64,000 nucleotides of DNA from an uncultured Methanosarcinales archaeon (GCA_964454865.1 CAYVTQ010000001.1:3554-67553), one strand, 5' to 3'. Numbered from the stretch's first letter, positions 50,297 to 60,367 are shown. The notes: a model not told the origin generated them from the letters alone. Translations and numbers: made by a program.

Positions 50297-51187
50297 CTAA
50301 TGGTTTAATTTCCCATATATTGTTATTCCTTTCTTCAAAAGATTCTCCATGACCCTGACAAGATCCCTTGCTTTCAATGCCCTCAACTCAGTATCTCCGA
50401 ACTGGAATATTCTCATTGAACCGTCTTCTAAAAGATACTTTTCAATGATATTGTTATTTCTTATCTTATGCAGGTGAGGCAGATGATTCCTAAAATAGAT
50501 TATTTTTTTGCCGCCTTTTTCATCAGTCACAACAGCCTTCATCTTTTTTGTAAATACTCCAATAGGAAACTTGCATTTGTCTTCTACAATATGTATTGAG
50601 GAGTTAGCAAGCTGGTCAACGCCTATCAGGAATATTTTTGCATCCAGCTTGTATAGCTTTCCAAACGGCCCTTTCATCGAATAGGGGTTGTCACATTCCT
50701 CATGCCCCTTCACAAGCCATTCCGCCTTGTTTCCATAAGCTGCTACTGAATGCATAGGCGACAAGCTTCTCTTCACGCCTTCCCTCAATCTGAATGTTTC
50801 AGGGATTGTGCCAGTATAAGCAGGGGTGCAATTCACATCAAAGATGTATGTTCCTCTTTTTGCATCATAAGCCGGTGCTGAGAAAGCAGGCATAACAAGA
50901 ATCCCTTCTTTCCCCAGAGATTCCAGGAGAGCGTCAATCAGGGAACTTGCGCCGCCATTAATAAATCCTATCCTCCCGAGGGATGAATGCACAATGACAG
51001 TGTCTCCCCTGACAAGGCCTGCATTGGAAAGGCATTTTTTCAAGTCTTCTTTGGATATCTCTTTCTTCAGAAGATTTTTTGCCAGCCTTAACTTCTTGAC
51101 AAGGCCATAAATGAGCTTCTGCGCAGCAAACGGGATTAACGGCTTGATTCTGCGCTTCCACTCTGCTTCGCTTACTTTAGATTTCAT
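50297..51187 (-). CDS. AAC(3)-family N-acyltransferase
   Basis: VHSSL, MPAF, TG.IPE.FR, RS..P.HS. Confidence 0.88.
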   Translation of the reverse strand: MKSKVSEAEWKRRIKPLIPFAAQKLIYGLVKKLRLAKNLLKKEISKEDLKKCLSNAGLVRGDTVIVHSSLGRIGFINGGASSLIDALLESLGKEGILVMPAFSAPAYDAKRGTYIFDVNCTPAYTGTIPETFRLREGVKRSLSPMHSVAAYGNKAEWLVKGHEECDNPYSMKGPFGKLYKLDAKIFLIGVDQLANSSIHIVEDKCKFPIGVFTKKMKAVVTDEKGGKKIIYFRNHLPHLHKIRNNNIIEKYLLEDGSMRIFQFGDTELRALKARDLVRVMENLLKKGITIYGKLNH

Positions 51188-51202
51188 TTTGCTCGATATT
51201 CC

Positions 51203-52306
51203 TCATTTATCAAAATTTTTCAAGATTATGCTTACAATTCTTTCGGCAGCCCTGCCGTCCCATAGCTCAGGAGCAGATTTGCCGATCTTTATTTTCCCGT
51301 CTATTATCTCCCCTGACTTTTTCAGTACATTTGTATTATCAGTGCTTACTAACAAATTGGTCCCCTTGCCTGATGTAATCGGCCTTTCTGTGCTGTCCCT
51401 CAAGGTTATGCACGGAACGCCCAAAATAGTCGTTTCTTCCTGCAAGCCGCCGGAATCTGTCAGTGTAAATTTGCTGTTGCTCACAAGGCACATAAAATCA
51501 AGATATCCCAGCGGTTCTGCCAGAACAACATTTTTCATTTTGCCCAGCCTTCCGATGAGTTTAAAGGCATGAAGATTCTTTTTTGTCCTTGGATGAGCAG
51601 GGAATACAATCTTAATTCTTTCCTGCAGACTTTCCAGCAGCGAGATGATCCTCTCCAAACTCTCCTTGCTGTCTACATTGCTGGGCCTGTGCAAAGTAAC
51701 GGCGCAATACTCATTTTTTTTTAAATTCAGCTTTTTGAGTATTGCCGATTCCTTAGATTTTTCCCTGTGGCTCAGCAAAGTGTCTACCATAACATTGCCA
51801 ACAAAAAATATTTTGCCCTTATTGATTCCTTCGTTAAGCAGGTTGGAGTTTGCGCTTTCTTCCGTTGTAAAAAGAAAATTACTTATTCTGTCAGTCAGCA
51901 TTCTGTTGATCTCTTCAGGCATTTTCCAGTCAAAGGATCTCAGCCCGGCTTCGACATGGGCAACTTTTATCCCAAGCTGCCTGGCGACAAATGCCCCTGC
52001 AAACGTGGAATTGACATCCCCCACTACGACAACTAAATCCGGGCTTATCCTGCTCATCACCTCTTCCAATTTTATGATTGCATTACCTACTTGCTCGCCA
52101 TACGTGCCGGAGCCGACTGAAAGGTTTATATCTGGCATCGGAAGCCCAAGATCATCAAAAAATGAGCCGCTCATTTCTTTGTCATAATGCTGCCCTGTAT
52201 GGACTAAAGTATGGTTAATCCCCTTATGCTTGTTGAATTCCGCTATCAACGGGGCTATTTTGATGAAGTTCGGCCTCGTTCCGACCACGCTTAAAATCCT
52301 GACCAT
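51203..52306 (-). CDS. wecB: UDP-N-acetylglucosamine 2-epimerase (non-hydrolysing)
   Basis: GTRPNFIK, TGQHYD, HVEAGLRS, PEEINR, TDSGGLQEE. Confidence 0.95.
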   Translation of the reverse strand: MVRILSVVGTRPNFIKIAPLIAEFNKHKGINHTLVHTGQHYDKEMSGSFFDDLGLPMPDINLSVGSGTYGEQVGNAIIKLEEVMSRISPDLVVVVGDVNSTFAGAFVARQLGIKVAHVEAGLRSFDWKMPEEINRMLTDRISNFLFTTEESANSNLLNEGINKGKIFFVGNVMVDTLLSHREKSKESAILKKLNLKKNEYCAVTLHRPSNVDSKESLERIISLLESLQERIKIVFPAHPRTKKNLHAFKLIGRLGKMKNVVLAEPLGYLDFMCLVSNSKFTLTDSGGLQEETTILGVPCITLRDSTERPITSGKGTNLLVSTDNTNVLKKSGEIIDGKIKIGKSAPELWDGRAAERIVSIILKNFDK

Positions 52307-52351
52307 GGCCAATACTAATTGGGAAGGCTATAAATAGGTTTTCATGAGGAA

Positions 52352-52587
52352 GGCAACGTTAAGATGCAGGCGGCATCATCATTGCGGGGCTCTTCCGCCA
52401 ATACATAAAGCCGACGGAGGGGATGCTCCATACGGGAAGCCGACGGAGTTGGGCCGAAAAGCTAATCAAGACAGTCTGTCGCTTTTCGAGCATGCCGGCT
52501 ATCCTGTTAAATACATACAGCCGAGCCTGATGCTGCCCGAGCGTTAGCGAGATTTTCTACTGATTCAAATAAAATTCCATATTTGCC
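52352..52587. repeat. MITE-like/mosaic element copy 5 (ends uncertain)
   Basis: Carries reverse-complement modules ggggatgctccatacggga (52419-52437) and gccgaaaagc..gcttttcgagca (52453-52492); inner IR ggcggcatca/tgatgctgcc. Confidence 0.65.
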
Positions 52588-52592
52588 TCGGA

Positions 52593-53294
52593 TTAACAAG
52601 ACATGGCAAAGAAATTTGACAATCCATGCTTTATCGGATTGAAGCAAATCAGCTCATTAAACCATATCTTTATGTATCCTAATAAGGGTATTCTCAATAC
52701 TGCCTTGCCTATGACATGGCTTTCATTAATGCTCGTTTCATCCATTGTGCTGTCTTTTATCGAAGCCTTGTTATGGTCGCCTTTTGTGTGAAAGAAATAA
52801 TCCCCCCCATTATCCTGCCATTTCCGGACTACCCTGTGAATGATGGGATCCGGCTTTGTGCTTCTGAAGACTATAACACTTCCAGCTTTAATTTCTGCCG
52901 GATTGGCGCCTTTCAGCACCATGATATCTCCCTTATTAAATCCGTTTTTGAACCTAAATCTGCTGAACTGCTCCTTGGTTATGCCAATCTGCTCATACCA
53001 GTCTCCGCACATTTCCCAATAGTCATCATAACCTATCCTTTTTTTCGCATCAAATTCCTTCCCGCATAAAACCATCCTGTTCCTGAAATCGGGGCTTGCG
53101 CTGTGCTCCATGCTCTCAGACACGACAGCGACAACAGGATGGGTAGTCTGGAGAAAAAAGCCCAGCCCCGGGTAGACTATGAACTTGATAAGCACAAAGG
53201 CAAGAACTACATTTACAAGCCAGCTCCATACGCTGTCATCTTCCCATATAAACTTCCAGATTTTTTTCAGAGTCTTCTTAAAATCACCAGCCAT
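52593..53294 (-). CDS. signal peptidase I (archaeal Sec11 type)
   Basis: VVSESMEH, GD, PIIHRV, TKGDHN, IP..G.IK. Confidence 0.92.
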   Translation of the reverse strand: MAGDFKKTLKKIWKFIWEDDSVWSWLVNVVLAFVLIKFIVYPGLGFFLQTTHPVVAVVSESMEHSASPDFRNRMVLCGKEFDAKKRIGYDDYWEMCGDWYEQIGITKEQFSRFRFKNGFNKGDIMVLKGANPAEIKAGSVIVFRSTKPDPIIHRVVRKWQDNGGDYFFHTKGDHNKASIKDSTMDETSINESHVIGKAVLRIPLLGYIKIWFNELICFNPIKHGLSNFFAMSC

Positions 53295-53342
53295 GCTCAA
53301 AATTTATATAGTCTAAATAAAAAGCTTTTGTTTATGTTAAAC

Positions 53343-53488
53343 AGCTTTTGGCGAAGGCTAGTAAAACGAGGGTTGCCATTGCAATTTCCTTTTCCACCCA
53401 TGTGGTGCCGAACTTTGTTCGAGCATGCTGTCTGGAATTTTTGAAGATGCTCGCATAATTGATGGCAACCTCCCCTTCGCCAAAAGCC
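53343..53488. mobile_element. MITE-like element copy 6 (146 bp)
   Basis: TIR gcttttggcgaagg/ccttcgccaaaagc; inner IR ggttgccat/atggcaacc; core is the reverse complement of the first part of copies 4 and 8; no TSD seen. Confidence 0.8.
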
Positions 53489-53503
53489 GAGTAGTAAGTT
53501 AAT

Positions 53504-53923
53504 ATGCATAAAGACTATTTTCAGGGAATACTGCAGCTCAGGAATGTTGATAATGAGGTCATTGACTTTGTCAGCAGGCAGGCTGCAAAAAGGCAGGATG
53601 TTTTTATTGCAAAGATTGAGAAAGTAAGAAACGGCATCGATATATATTTTTCCTCTCAGCAGTACCTGAAGGCTTTGGGCAGGAAGCTGCAGGAGCATTT
53701 CAGAGGGGAGCTTGTCATAAGCTCCAAGCTTTTCACAAAGAGCAGGACAGGGGAGGATCTGTACAGGGTGAACGTGCTTTTCAGGCAGGCAAAATTTAGG
53801 AAAGGTGATATAATAACCTACAGGGGCAGCAAGCTCAAAATCATCAGAATGGGAAACAAAGTTGCATGCAGATATGTTGATACAGGCAAAAGCATCACGC
53901 TCAGCTATGACTCATTAAGATAG
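53504..53923 (+). CDS. NMD3-related protein
   Basis: YFQGILQLR..G.D.Y.SS..LYR..V..R pattern. Confidence 0.75.
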   Translation: MHKDYFQGILQLRNVDNEVIDFVSRQAAKRQDVFIAKIEKVRNGIDIYFSSQQYLKALGRKLQEHFRGELVISSKLFTKSRTGEDLYRVNVLFRQAKFRKGDIITYRGSKLKIIRMGNKVACRYVDTGKSITLSYDSLR

Positions 53924-55073
53924 ACTCTTTTTCTTTTTTGTAGTCTATTATTATTTTTCTGAAAACTGACTTTTTGTCAATCTCCCTGTCCAGAAATTCC
54001 TTTCTCACGACAGCAAATGAGCCCAAGTCGTATATTGGCAGCTTATCCGCGCTTATTAAGGTAAAATGAAGCTCATCTTCTGCCTTTCTGCTCAGGGGCT
54101 TTTGGTATACTATAACATTTATCTTTCCTTTTATCTCTTCTATAGTTCTCCTGCTTGCGATGTTTGCATCTTCAACAAGCAGGATATCCTCTTTACCTAT
54201 CTTCAGAGTCATTTTCTTGTTCTCAAGCTCAAGATAGCCCAGATTCCTGATCTTTTTTAATATATAATAGCTCTTGGAGTCCAGAACAATGCTGCTCAAA
54301 TTCATTATATCCTGCTTTAAAGAGGATATCCTGCTGTCTTTTTCCATCAATAGGCTTGCATATGACCTTATCCTTTCTTCTTTGAACTTAAGAAGGGAGC
54401 TGATTTTTTTGCCATAATCAATGCTCCTTCTTTCTATTATTGTTTTGGATTTTTCATTTTTTAGCCTTAGGATGTACTTCCTCAGAAAATATACTTCCTT
54501 CTCATAATTTCTCATCTTATTCAGAACTCTTTCAATATTAATCTGAGGCTGTTCAGGGCTTTCTGTTTTCGCCGTGCCAATCTCTTCTTTCGGCGCCAAA
54601 TAATCAACAGCGTGCTTTATGCTCATCCCCTTGCTTATGACAAGCTCCTTTACAGATTCCCTATCCCCAAAATCAATCTTGTCTATCTTTCTGATCAAAT
54701 GCCTTACCTCATTGAAAGCAAAAAATGCAGAAGCCAGTGCGTCATTCTCATGGCAGTTTTTTACGCTAAACATTTTTGACATTTCCCTTTTTTCCGCTAT
54801 TGAAAGGTCTTCTTTGGGATTGATGGTTTTTGCGCCTAATTTTGCCGCGAACCTATGCACCAAATCAGGAACTTTTCCTTTGTCAGTGCCGGCAATAACA
54901 ACCCTTCCAAATTTCGCAACTTCACTTATAAGCCACGACAGGCCAAGATTTTTCGAAGAATCAACCGCAACCAAATTCCCGCTTATATCAAGAATCGCAT
55001 AGCCTGTTGTCGTGCCTGGGTCTATGCCGACAATGAGGAGTTTTCTTTGCTGCATTTGCAACAAAACAATCAT
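53901..55073 (-). CDS. DUF460-domain protein (RNase H-like N-terminus plus coiled coil)
   Basis: IVGIDPGTT..A.LD, EK, HE.DALA.A. Confidence 0.85.
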   Translation of the reverse strand: MIVLLQMQQRKLLIVGIDPGTTTGYAILDISGNLVAVDSSKNLGLSWLISEVAKFGRVVIAGTDKGKVPDLVHRFAAKLGAKTINPKEDLSIAEKREMSKMFSVKNCHENDALASAFFAFNEVRHLIRKIDKIDFGDRESVKELVISKGMSIKHAVDYLAPKEEIGTAKTESPEQPQINIERVLNKMRNYEKEVYFLRKYILRLKNEKSKTIIERRSIDYGKKISSLLKFKEERIRSYASLLMEKDSRISSLKQDIMNLSSIVLDSKSYYILKKIRNLGYLELENKKMTLKIGKEDILLVEDANIASRRTIEEIKGKINVIVYQKPLSRKAEDELHFTLISADKLPIYDLGSFAVVRKEFLDREIDKKSVFRKIIIDYKKEKESILMSHS

Positions 55074-55102
55074 CTGTAATTTAAAAAGTTTTAGATAATT
55101 TT

Positions 55103-55265
55103 GGCTTCATCCAAAATTCACATTCGCAAGTTGGCAGCTTCAATCCCAGCGCAGCATATGAAGCAGTATCGTTGATGTCCCGTATGGAGCATCCCCTTAA
55201 CTCTATTTAAGTAATTGGTAAATGGGCTCGACTTCAAGGCTGCCAACCCATTTTTGGATGAAGCC
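55103..55265. mobile_element. MITE-like element copy 7 (163 bp)
   Basis: Perfect 14-bp TIR ggcttcatccaaaa/ttttggatgaagcc and perfect 9-bp TSD gataatttt. Confidence 0.9.
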
Positions 55266-55302
55266 GATAATTTTTTAATGATTGCTCGTTTCTCATACAG
55301 CA

Positions 55303-56162
<860 letters not shown>

Positions 56163-56188
56163 ATTATTGGAGCTAAACTACTATTTTT

Positions 56189-56446
56189 CTAGCCATGCCT
56201 GGTCTTAAGGGTAAGAAGAGACAAAGTGAGCACGAAACTCACGATGTTGGCGATTAGTATTGGCATATCTTTTGTCAATATTCCATAAGTAAGCCACAGC
56301 GCGACCCCGAAGACCAGCAACAGCAGCATTGCCATTGACAAATCCTTCGTTTCTTTTGTTTTCCAGCTTTTGAAAACCTGCGGCACGAAAGATGCCGTCG
56401 TGCATATTCCTGCTGCAAACCCAAGTAAAGTCATCAATTCAGCCAT
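56189..56446 (-). CDS. SemiSWEET sugar transporter
   Basis: TT.SF.PQ..K.WKTK..KDLS, W..YG, P...AN. Confidence 0.92.
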   Translation of the reverse strand: MAELMTLLGFAAGICTTASFVPQVFKSWKTKETKDLSMAMLLLLVFGVALWLTYGILTKDMPILIANIVSFVLTLSLLTLKTRHG

Positions 56447-56447
56447 C

Positions 56448-57185
56448 TTAAACCCTCCTGAAAAAGCTCAAAAAGCCGGAATGCCCCAGCATCCTCGACT
56501 TCGGCCTCACTTTTCTCTGCTCCACTTCCCACTCCCTTTCTATCATCTCCAATGTTTTGGCATGGATGAAATCATTCCTTTTGCAGGCGGCATTCGCCAT
56601 ATCCGAAACCTGGACTATAGTGGGGCTGTAGGAAACAAGAAAACCCCCTACTTTTAATGCTTTTGAGCATGAATCCAGAGCTTTCCAAGGCTCCGGCACG
56701 TCCAGAACAATGGTGTCAGCATCTTTCTCATCAATCTCTTTGTAAATATCCTTATTTTTAACCCTCAGATTCTTCAATCCGAGGAATTCAGCATTCTTTT
56801 TTACAATCTCTATGAAATCCTCCCTGATGTCGTACGTCACAACTTCTTTTGCCATATTCGCGAGAAAGCATGCCAATGCGCCGCTGCCGGCCCCTGCATC
56901 CACAATTTTACTTTTCTTGTTAATGCCTGTCTCTGCTAGGATTGCCCCTACGTCCTTCAGGGGGATTATCTGCGCATCCCTCTTTATTTTCTGGTAAACG
57001 TCTATGAAAAACGGGGAAAAAATCATAAATTCAGTATTTGTATTTGACATCAGCTTTGAGCCGTCTTTTTTAGCCAAGTCTGATTTCTTGATATAGCCGA
57101 ATTCCGTATGCATATCTCCACTAGTGTCTTTTACAAAGAATTTCCTGCCTTCTTTTGTGAGCAAAACTCTCTTTATTCTTAGCAT
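56448..57185 (-). CDS. trmI: tRNA (adenine-57/58-N1)-methyltransferase
   Basis: QII..KD, DAGAGSG, LD.PEPW, RP...M.GH.GF. Confidence 0.9.
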   Translation of the reverse strand: MLRIKRVLLTKEGRKFFVKDTSGDMHTEFGYIKKSDLAKKDGSKLMSNTNTEFMIFSPFFIDVYQKIKRDAQIIPLKDVGAILAETGINKKSKIVDAGAGSGALACFLANMAKEVVTYDIREDFIEIVKKNAEFLGLKNLRVKNKDIYKEIDEKDADTIVLDVPEPWKALDSCSKALKVGGFLVSYSPTIVQVSDMANAACKRNDFIHAKTLEMIEREWEVEQRKVRPKSRMLGHSGFLSFFRRV

Positions 57186-57229
57186 TAAATAAAAAAAAGA
57201 AATTCAGTTTAAAAACTTAATTGAATTAT

Positions 57230-57442
57230 CTATCTTTTCTTTTTCCCGCTCGCTGCCGGCATATCGCAATGCCCGCATCCATTAGGCTTGGCTAAGTGCA
57301 TAAGTCCTTTTAATATTATCAGGACGCCCAAAGTATGCCATATATACCTAGGCTGCCATACAGCTACTGCAAGCACTACAATGCCTGTCACCAGCATCTT
57401 GGCTCCCTGGCACTTCATACATATACTCTCACAACAACCCAT
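57230..57442 (-). CDS. small two-TM protein with paired Cys motifs (70 aa)
   Basis: MGCCESICMKC..TM..TM..CGHC; GAGGTGG RBS before the ATG at 57442. Confidence 0.75.
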   Translation of the reverse strand: MGCCESICMKCQGAKMLVTGIVVLAVAVWQPRYIWHTLGVLIILKGLMHLAKPNGCGHCDMPAASGKKKR

Positions 57443-57503
57443 TAATACCACCTCTTTATTGGCGTTTTTAGGCAGCCTACTATATAAATGTTGGGGTTTT
57501 GCC

Positions 57504-57772
57504 GAGGTTGGTGCGAAATTGAAGGTTGTCATGCTAATATGCGATCATCTTCAAAACTTCCAGACAGCATGCTCGAACAAAGTTCGGCACCACATGGGTG
57601 GAAAAGGAAATTGTAGCGGAGGAATCGTTGTTCCTCCTGACGTAGCAAACTTGTTTGCTACGCAATGGGAACCTACGGAGTTGGTACCGAACTCTGTTTG
57701 AGTATTTTTGCAATCATGTTCCACTTTATAATGTGAGCCGACGGCAACCTTAAAAAGATTTTCACCGAAGCC
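57504..57772. mobile_element. MITE-like element copy 8 (269 bp)
   Basis: Perfect 9-bp TSD ggttttgcc; right end ttttcaccgaagcc, left end degenerate; inner IR aaggttgtc/ggcaacctt. Confidence 0.8.
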
Positions 57773-57780
57773 GGTTTTGC

Positions 57781-60132
57781 CTAACCAAACATACCAAACA
57801 GCCCCCTGGCCTTCTTTTCCTTTGATTGGATCATGCTGTCAAGATCTTCCTGCTGCTTCTTCAGGCTTTCAACCTGCTCTTTAAGAACTGCTTTCGCCAC
57901 GTCACTGGGCACTTCATCGATGAGATTTTCCAGCGTCTCAATAGAACTATTCAGTTTTGTCTTGCTTTCTTCCAATTGCCTGATTTCTTCCTGCTCTGCC
58001 TTTTTTGCCAGACCGAAGAAAAGTTTGAACTTGTAGCCAAACCCTTTTTCTTCGTCTTTCTTCTCTATTTCCTCCAATTTGTCAGAAACGTCAAGGACAT
58101 CACTTGCTTTATCCTCAATTATGTACAAGTACTCCTTAGGCACGTCAGAGTCTCTCAATGAAACAAGCTTGCTCGCAGCCTCTCCAGCCTTGCTTCCTGC
58201 CACAATGCCCTCTTTTACTTCTTTCGATTTTTCAGAGCTTGTTGCAGCGCTTATCTTTGCATTCGCAACAAATGGAAGCAGCTTTATATCACCGAAGCTT
58301 TTTGGATTTATATGTCCTTTGTAAACAGTAGTCTCCTGCAGTTTAAGCTCCTCCTTTAGGCCATCCACAAAAAGCCCGAGCTTTTCCATGTCGCTTTCTG
58401 TCGCAGTATTAAGGACTGCAAGGACGATTCCAGCCTTTTCCGCCTTCTGTATGTCTTCCTCATCTTCAATTATATCTGAGAATTTGCATCGTTTCTTCGT
58501 TTCCTCGATGATGAACTTTCTTATGCTCTCTTCTGTAAGAGTCTCCCTGCATCTTGCTGAAATCTCTTTCATGTTCTCGCATCTCTTTGCGCTCTGCTCA
58601 TGGCACCTTTTTCTTTCCTCATCAATCCTTGAGCACCTGTCTTCAGCAGCCTTTATTTGTGATACTGTGTGAATATTGCAGCTTTCTTCAACTCTCTTCA
58701 GATTATCCTCAAAACCTTTTTTGCTTCCCTCAACGCACTGGTTTGCCATATTGCCCCTGTCGCAAGATTTTTGGATATTTTCGCATGTATGCATCTGCTT
58801 GTCCCACGACTTCTGGCAGCGCTTCAGCATTTCTTCATAAACTCCAGCAACATTGCCGGTAATTGGGCTTCCTCCGCTGCCTCCTGATGATGTTGATGAC
58901 GGGATGCATTCATACGCCGTTACGCATTTCCGTTCATCATACTTCGCTGACATGCTGCTGCCTTCATGGCACGATGGCTTGGAGATTTCAGGGCATTCTG
59001 CGGGCTTGCAGTAGTAGTATTCGCATCCTTTGTCATCATTTTTTCTTTCCAAATTTCCGTCGCAGCTTGGCATTTCAGTTTTTGGGCACGTCACTTCAGC
59101 TGATTGGCAATTATAATATGTGCAGCCGTTGGAATCGCTTTTTTTCTGTAAACTTTCTTCGTTCCCGCATTCAGGAACTGGGTAGGCAGGGCATAATTTT
59201 TTCTCTTCAGTTTCATCTTCCCTTTCTTCTTCCTTCCTGACGCCTGCCATGCACTGGCTTATGAACTTCTCCTTGTCGCACATCATATTCTGCTTGGCTT
59301 TCTCGCATTCCTTCATGGAGCTTTCATCACCTAGCCTTTTCTCGCACCATTCCTGGTTTTTCTTCATCTGCTGCTCCATGCTTGCCATGCTCGTCTTTTT
59401 GCAGGACTCAATAATTACATCCTTGTTTACAGGGCATGAATAAGCCTGCATCCGCATTCTTTCAACTTCAGAAGCTTCTTTCATAACCTCCGGCTGGCCC
59501 AATCTGGAGCAGAAATTGCTGGATTCCTCTTCGCAGGTTTTTTCAGCCTGCTCTGCCTTGCTGCAGATACTCTGGAAGTCTCCTGCCTTTTCCTTTAATT
59601 TTGAAACGACAATATCTGCCATCTTTTCAGGCTCGCCGCAGTATTGTTTTATCTCTCTTGGATCAATCTCATCCCCTATATGCTCAAAAATCATTCCAAA
59701 AACCATATGCTCCTTTGAATACCCTTCATATGACGGGCCTCCATAATATCTCTGCCCAATCCCTTTATTCTCATAGGAAAATGACTCTTTTCTTTCCATC
59801 CTTTCGTTAAAATTTCCCATTTTATTCCTGAATTCTTCTTCTGAGAAGTCGTTGCCAAATTTGGCTCGGGCCATATTGATCATTTCTTCTTCATTAAATC
59901 CCTCTTCTCTGAATCTCTTCATCATGGCTTCTTCGCTTGAGCCCCTATTTGGATAAACAACCGCGCCACCTTCATAATAATACTCAGAGCCTTCTCCGGA
60001 TTTGTCTATTGGTTTGCCCTCGTAGTAGCTTGGATTAGAATATTGTTCGGAAGAGTATTGGGCGAATGCAATGTTGCCAAGGATTACTACAAAAATTCCT
60101 GCCAAAGAAAATAATTTTTTGTTTTTCACCAT
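57781..60132 (-). CDS. large secreted cysteine-rich, helical/coiled-coil protein
   Basis: Signal peptide ending AFA; many Cys; three CP..P.C..D..C..Y.C repeats; coiled-coil C-terminus. Confidence 0.85.
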   Translation of the reverse strand: MVKNKKLFSLAGIFVVILGNIAFAQYSSEQYSNPSYYEGKPIDKSGEGSEYYYEGGAVVYPNRGSSEEAMMKRFREEGFNEEEMINMARAKFGNDFSEEEFRNKMGNFNERMERKESFSYENKGIGQRYYGGPSYEGYSKEHMVFGMIFEHIGDEIDPREIKQYCGEPEKMADIVVSKLKEKAGDFQSICSKAEQAEKTCEEESSNFCSRLGQPEVMKEASEVERMRMQAYSCPVNKDVIIESCKKTSMASMEQQMKKNQEWCEKRLGDESSMKECEKAKQNMMCDKEKFISQCMAGVRKEEEREDETEEKKLCPAYPVPECGNEESLQKKSDSNGCTYYNCQSAEVTCPKTEMPSCDGNLERKNDDKGCEYYYCKPAECPEISKPSCHEGSSMSAKYDERKCVTAYECIPSSTSSGGSGGSPITGNVAGVYEEMLKRCQKSWDKQMHTCENIQKSCDRGNMANQCVEGSKKGFEDNLKRVEESCNIHTVSQIKAAEDRCSRIDEERKRCHEQSAKRCENMKEISARCRETLTEESIRKFIIEETKKRCKFSDIIEDEEDIQKAEKAGIVLAVLNTATESDMEKLGLFVDGLKEELKLQETTVYKGHINPKSFGDIKLLPFVANAKISAATSSEKSKEVKEGIVAGSKAGEAASKLVSLRDSDVPKEYLYIIEDKASDVLDVSDKLEEIEKKDEEKGFGYKFKLFFGLAKKAEQEEIRQLEESKTKLNSSIETLENLIDEVPSDVAKAVLKEQVESLKKQQEDLDSMIQSKEKKARGLFGMFG

Positions 60133-60237
60133 CCTTCTGGGATTCTAGGCAGGTATTTATTTAAATTTAACTATTGTCAAATTTAAGTTTCTATAATTCT
60201 GGTAATTATGGTAAATTTAATCTGCAGAAAAAAATAA

Positions 60238-60367
60238 CGGGCCAGGGAAGATTCGAACTCCCGACCTATAGCTTAGAAGGCTTTAGCGGTAATCTATACT
60301 ATCGCTCTCTTTGACCAAGTCAAAGCCCTCAAAGAGCTTTGAGGTATCCAAGCTGAGCTACTGGCCC
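60238..60367 (-). tRNA. tRNA-Arg(UCU) with two non-canonical introns (60309-60345 and 60283-60300)
   Basis: Acceptor GGGCCAG/CTGGCCC, D-stem GCTC/GAGC, anticodon arm ATAGC-CTTCTAA-GCTAT after splicing, T arm GGGAG-TTCGAAT-CTTCC; 75 nt mature, CCA not encoded. Confidence 0.92.

Noticed and set aside
10476..51187. APH-like and AAC(3)-like genes as antibiotic-resistance genes
   Set aside because: Both sit among nucleotide-sugar genes, so glycan tailoring is the simpler reading.
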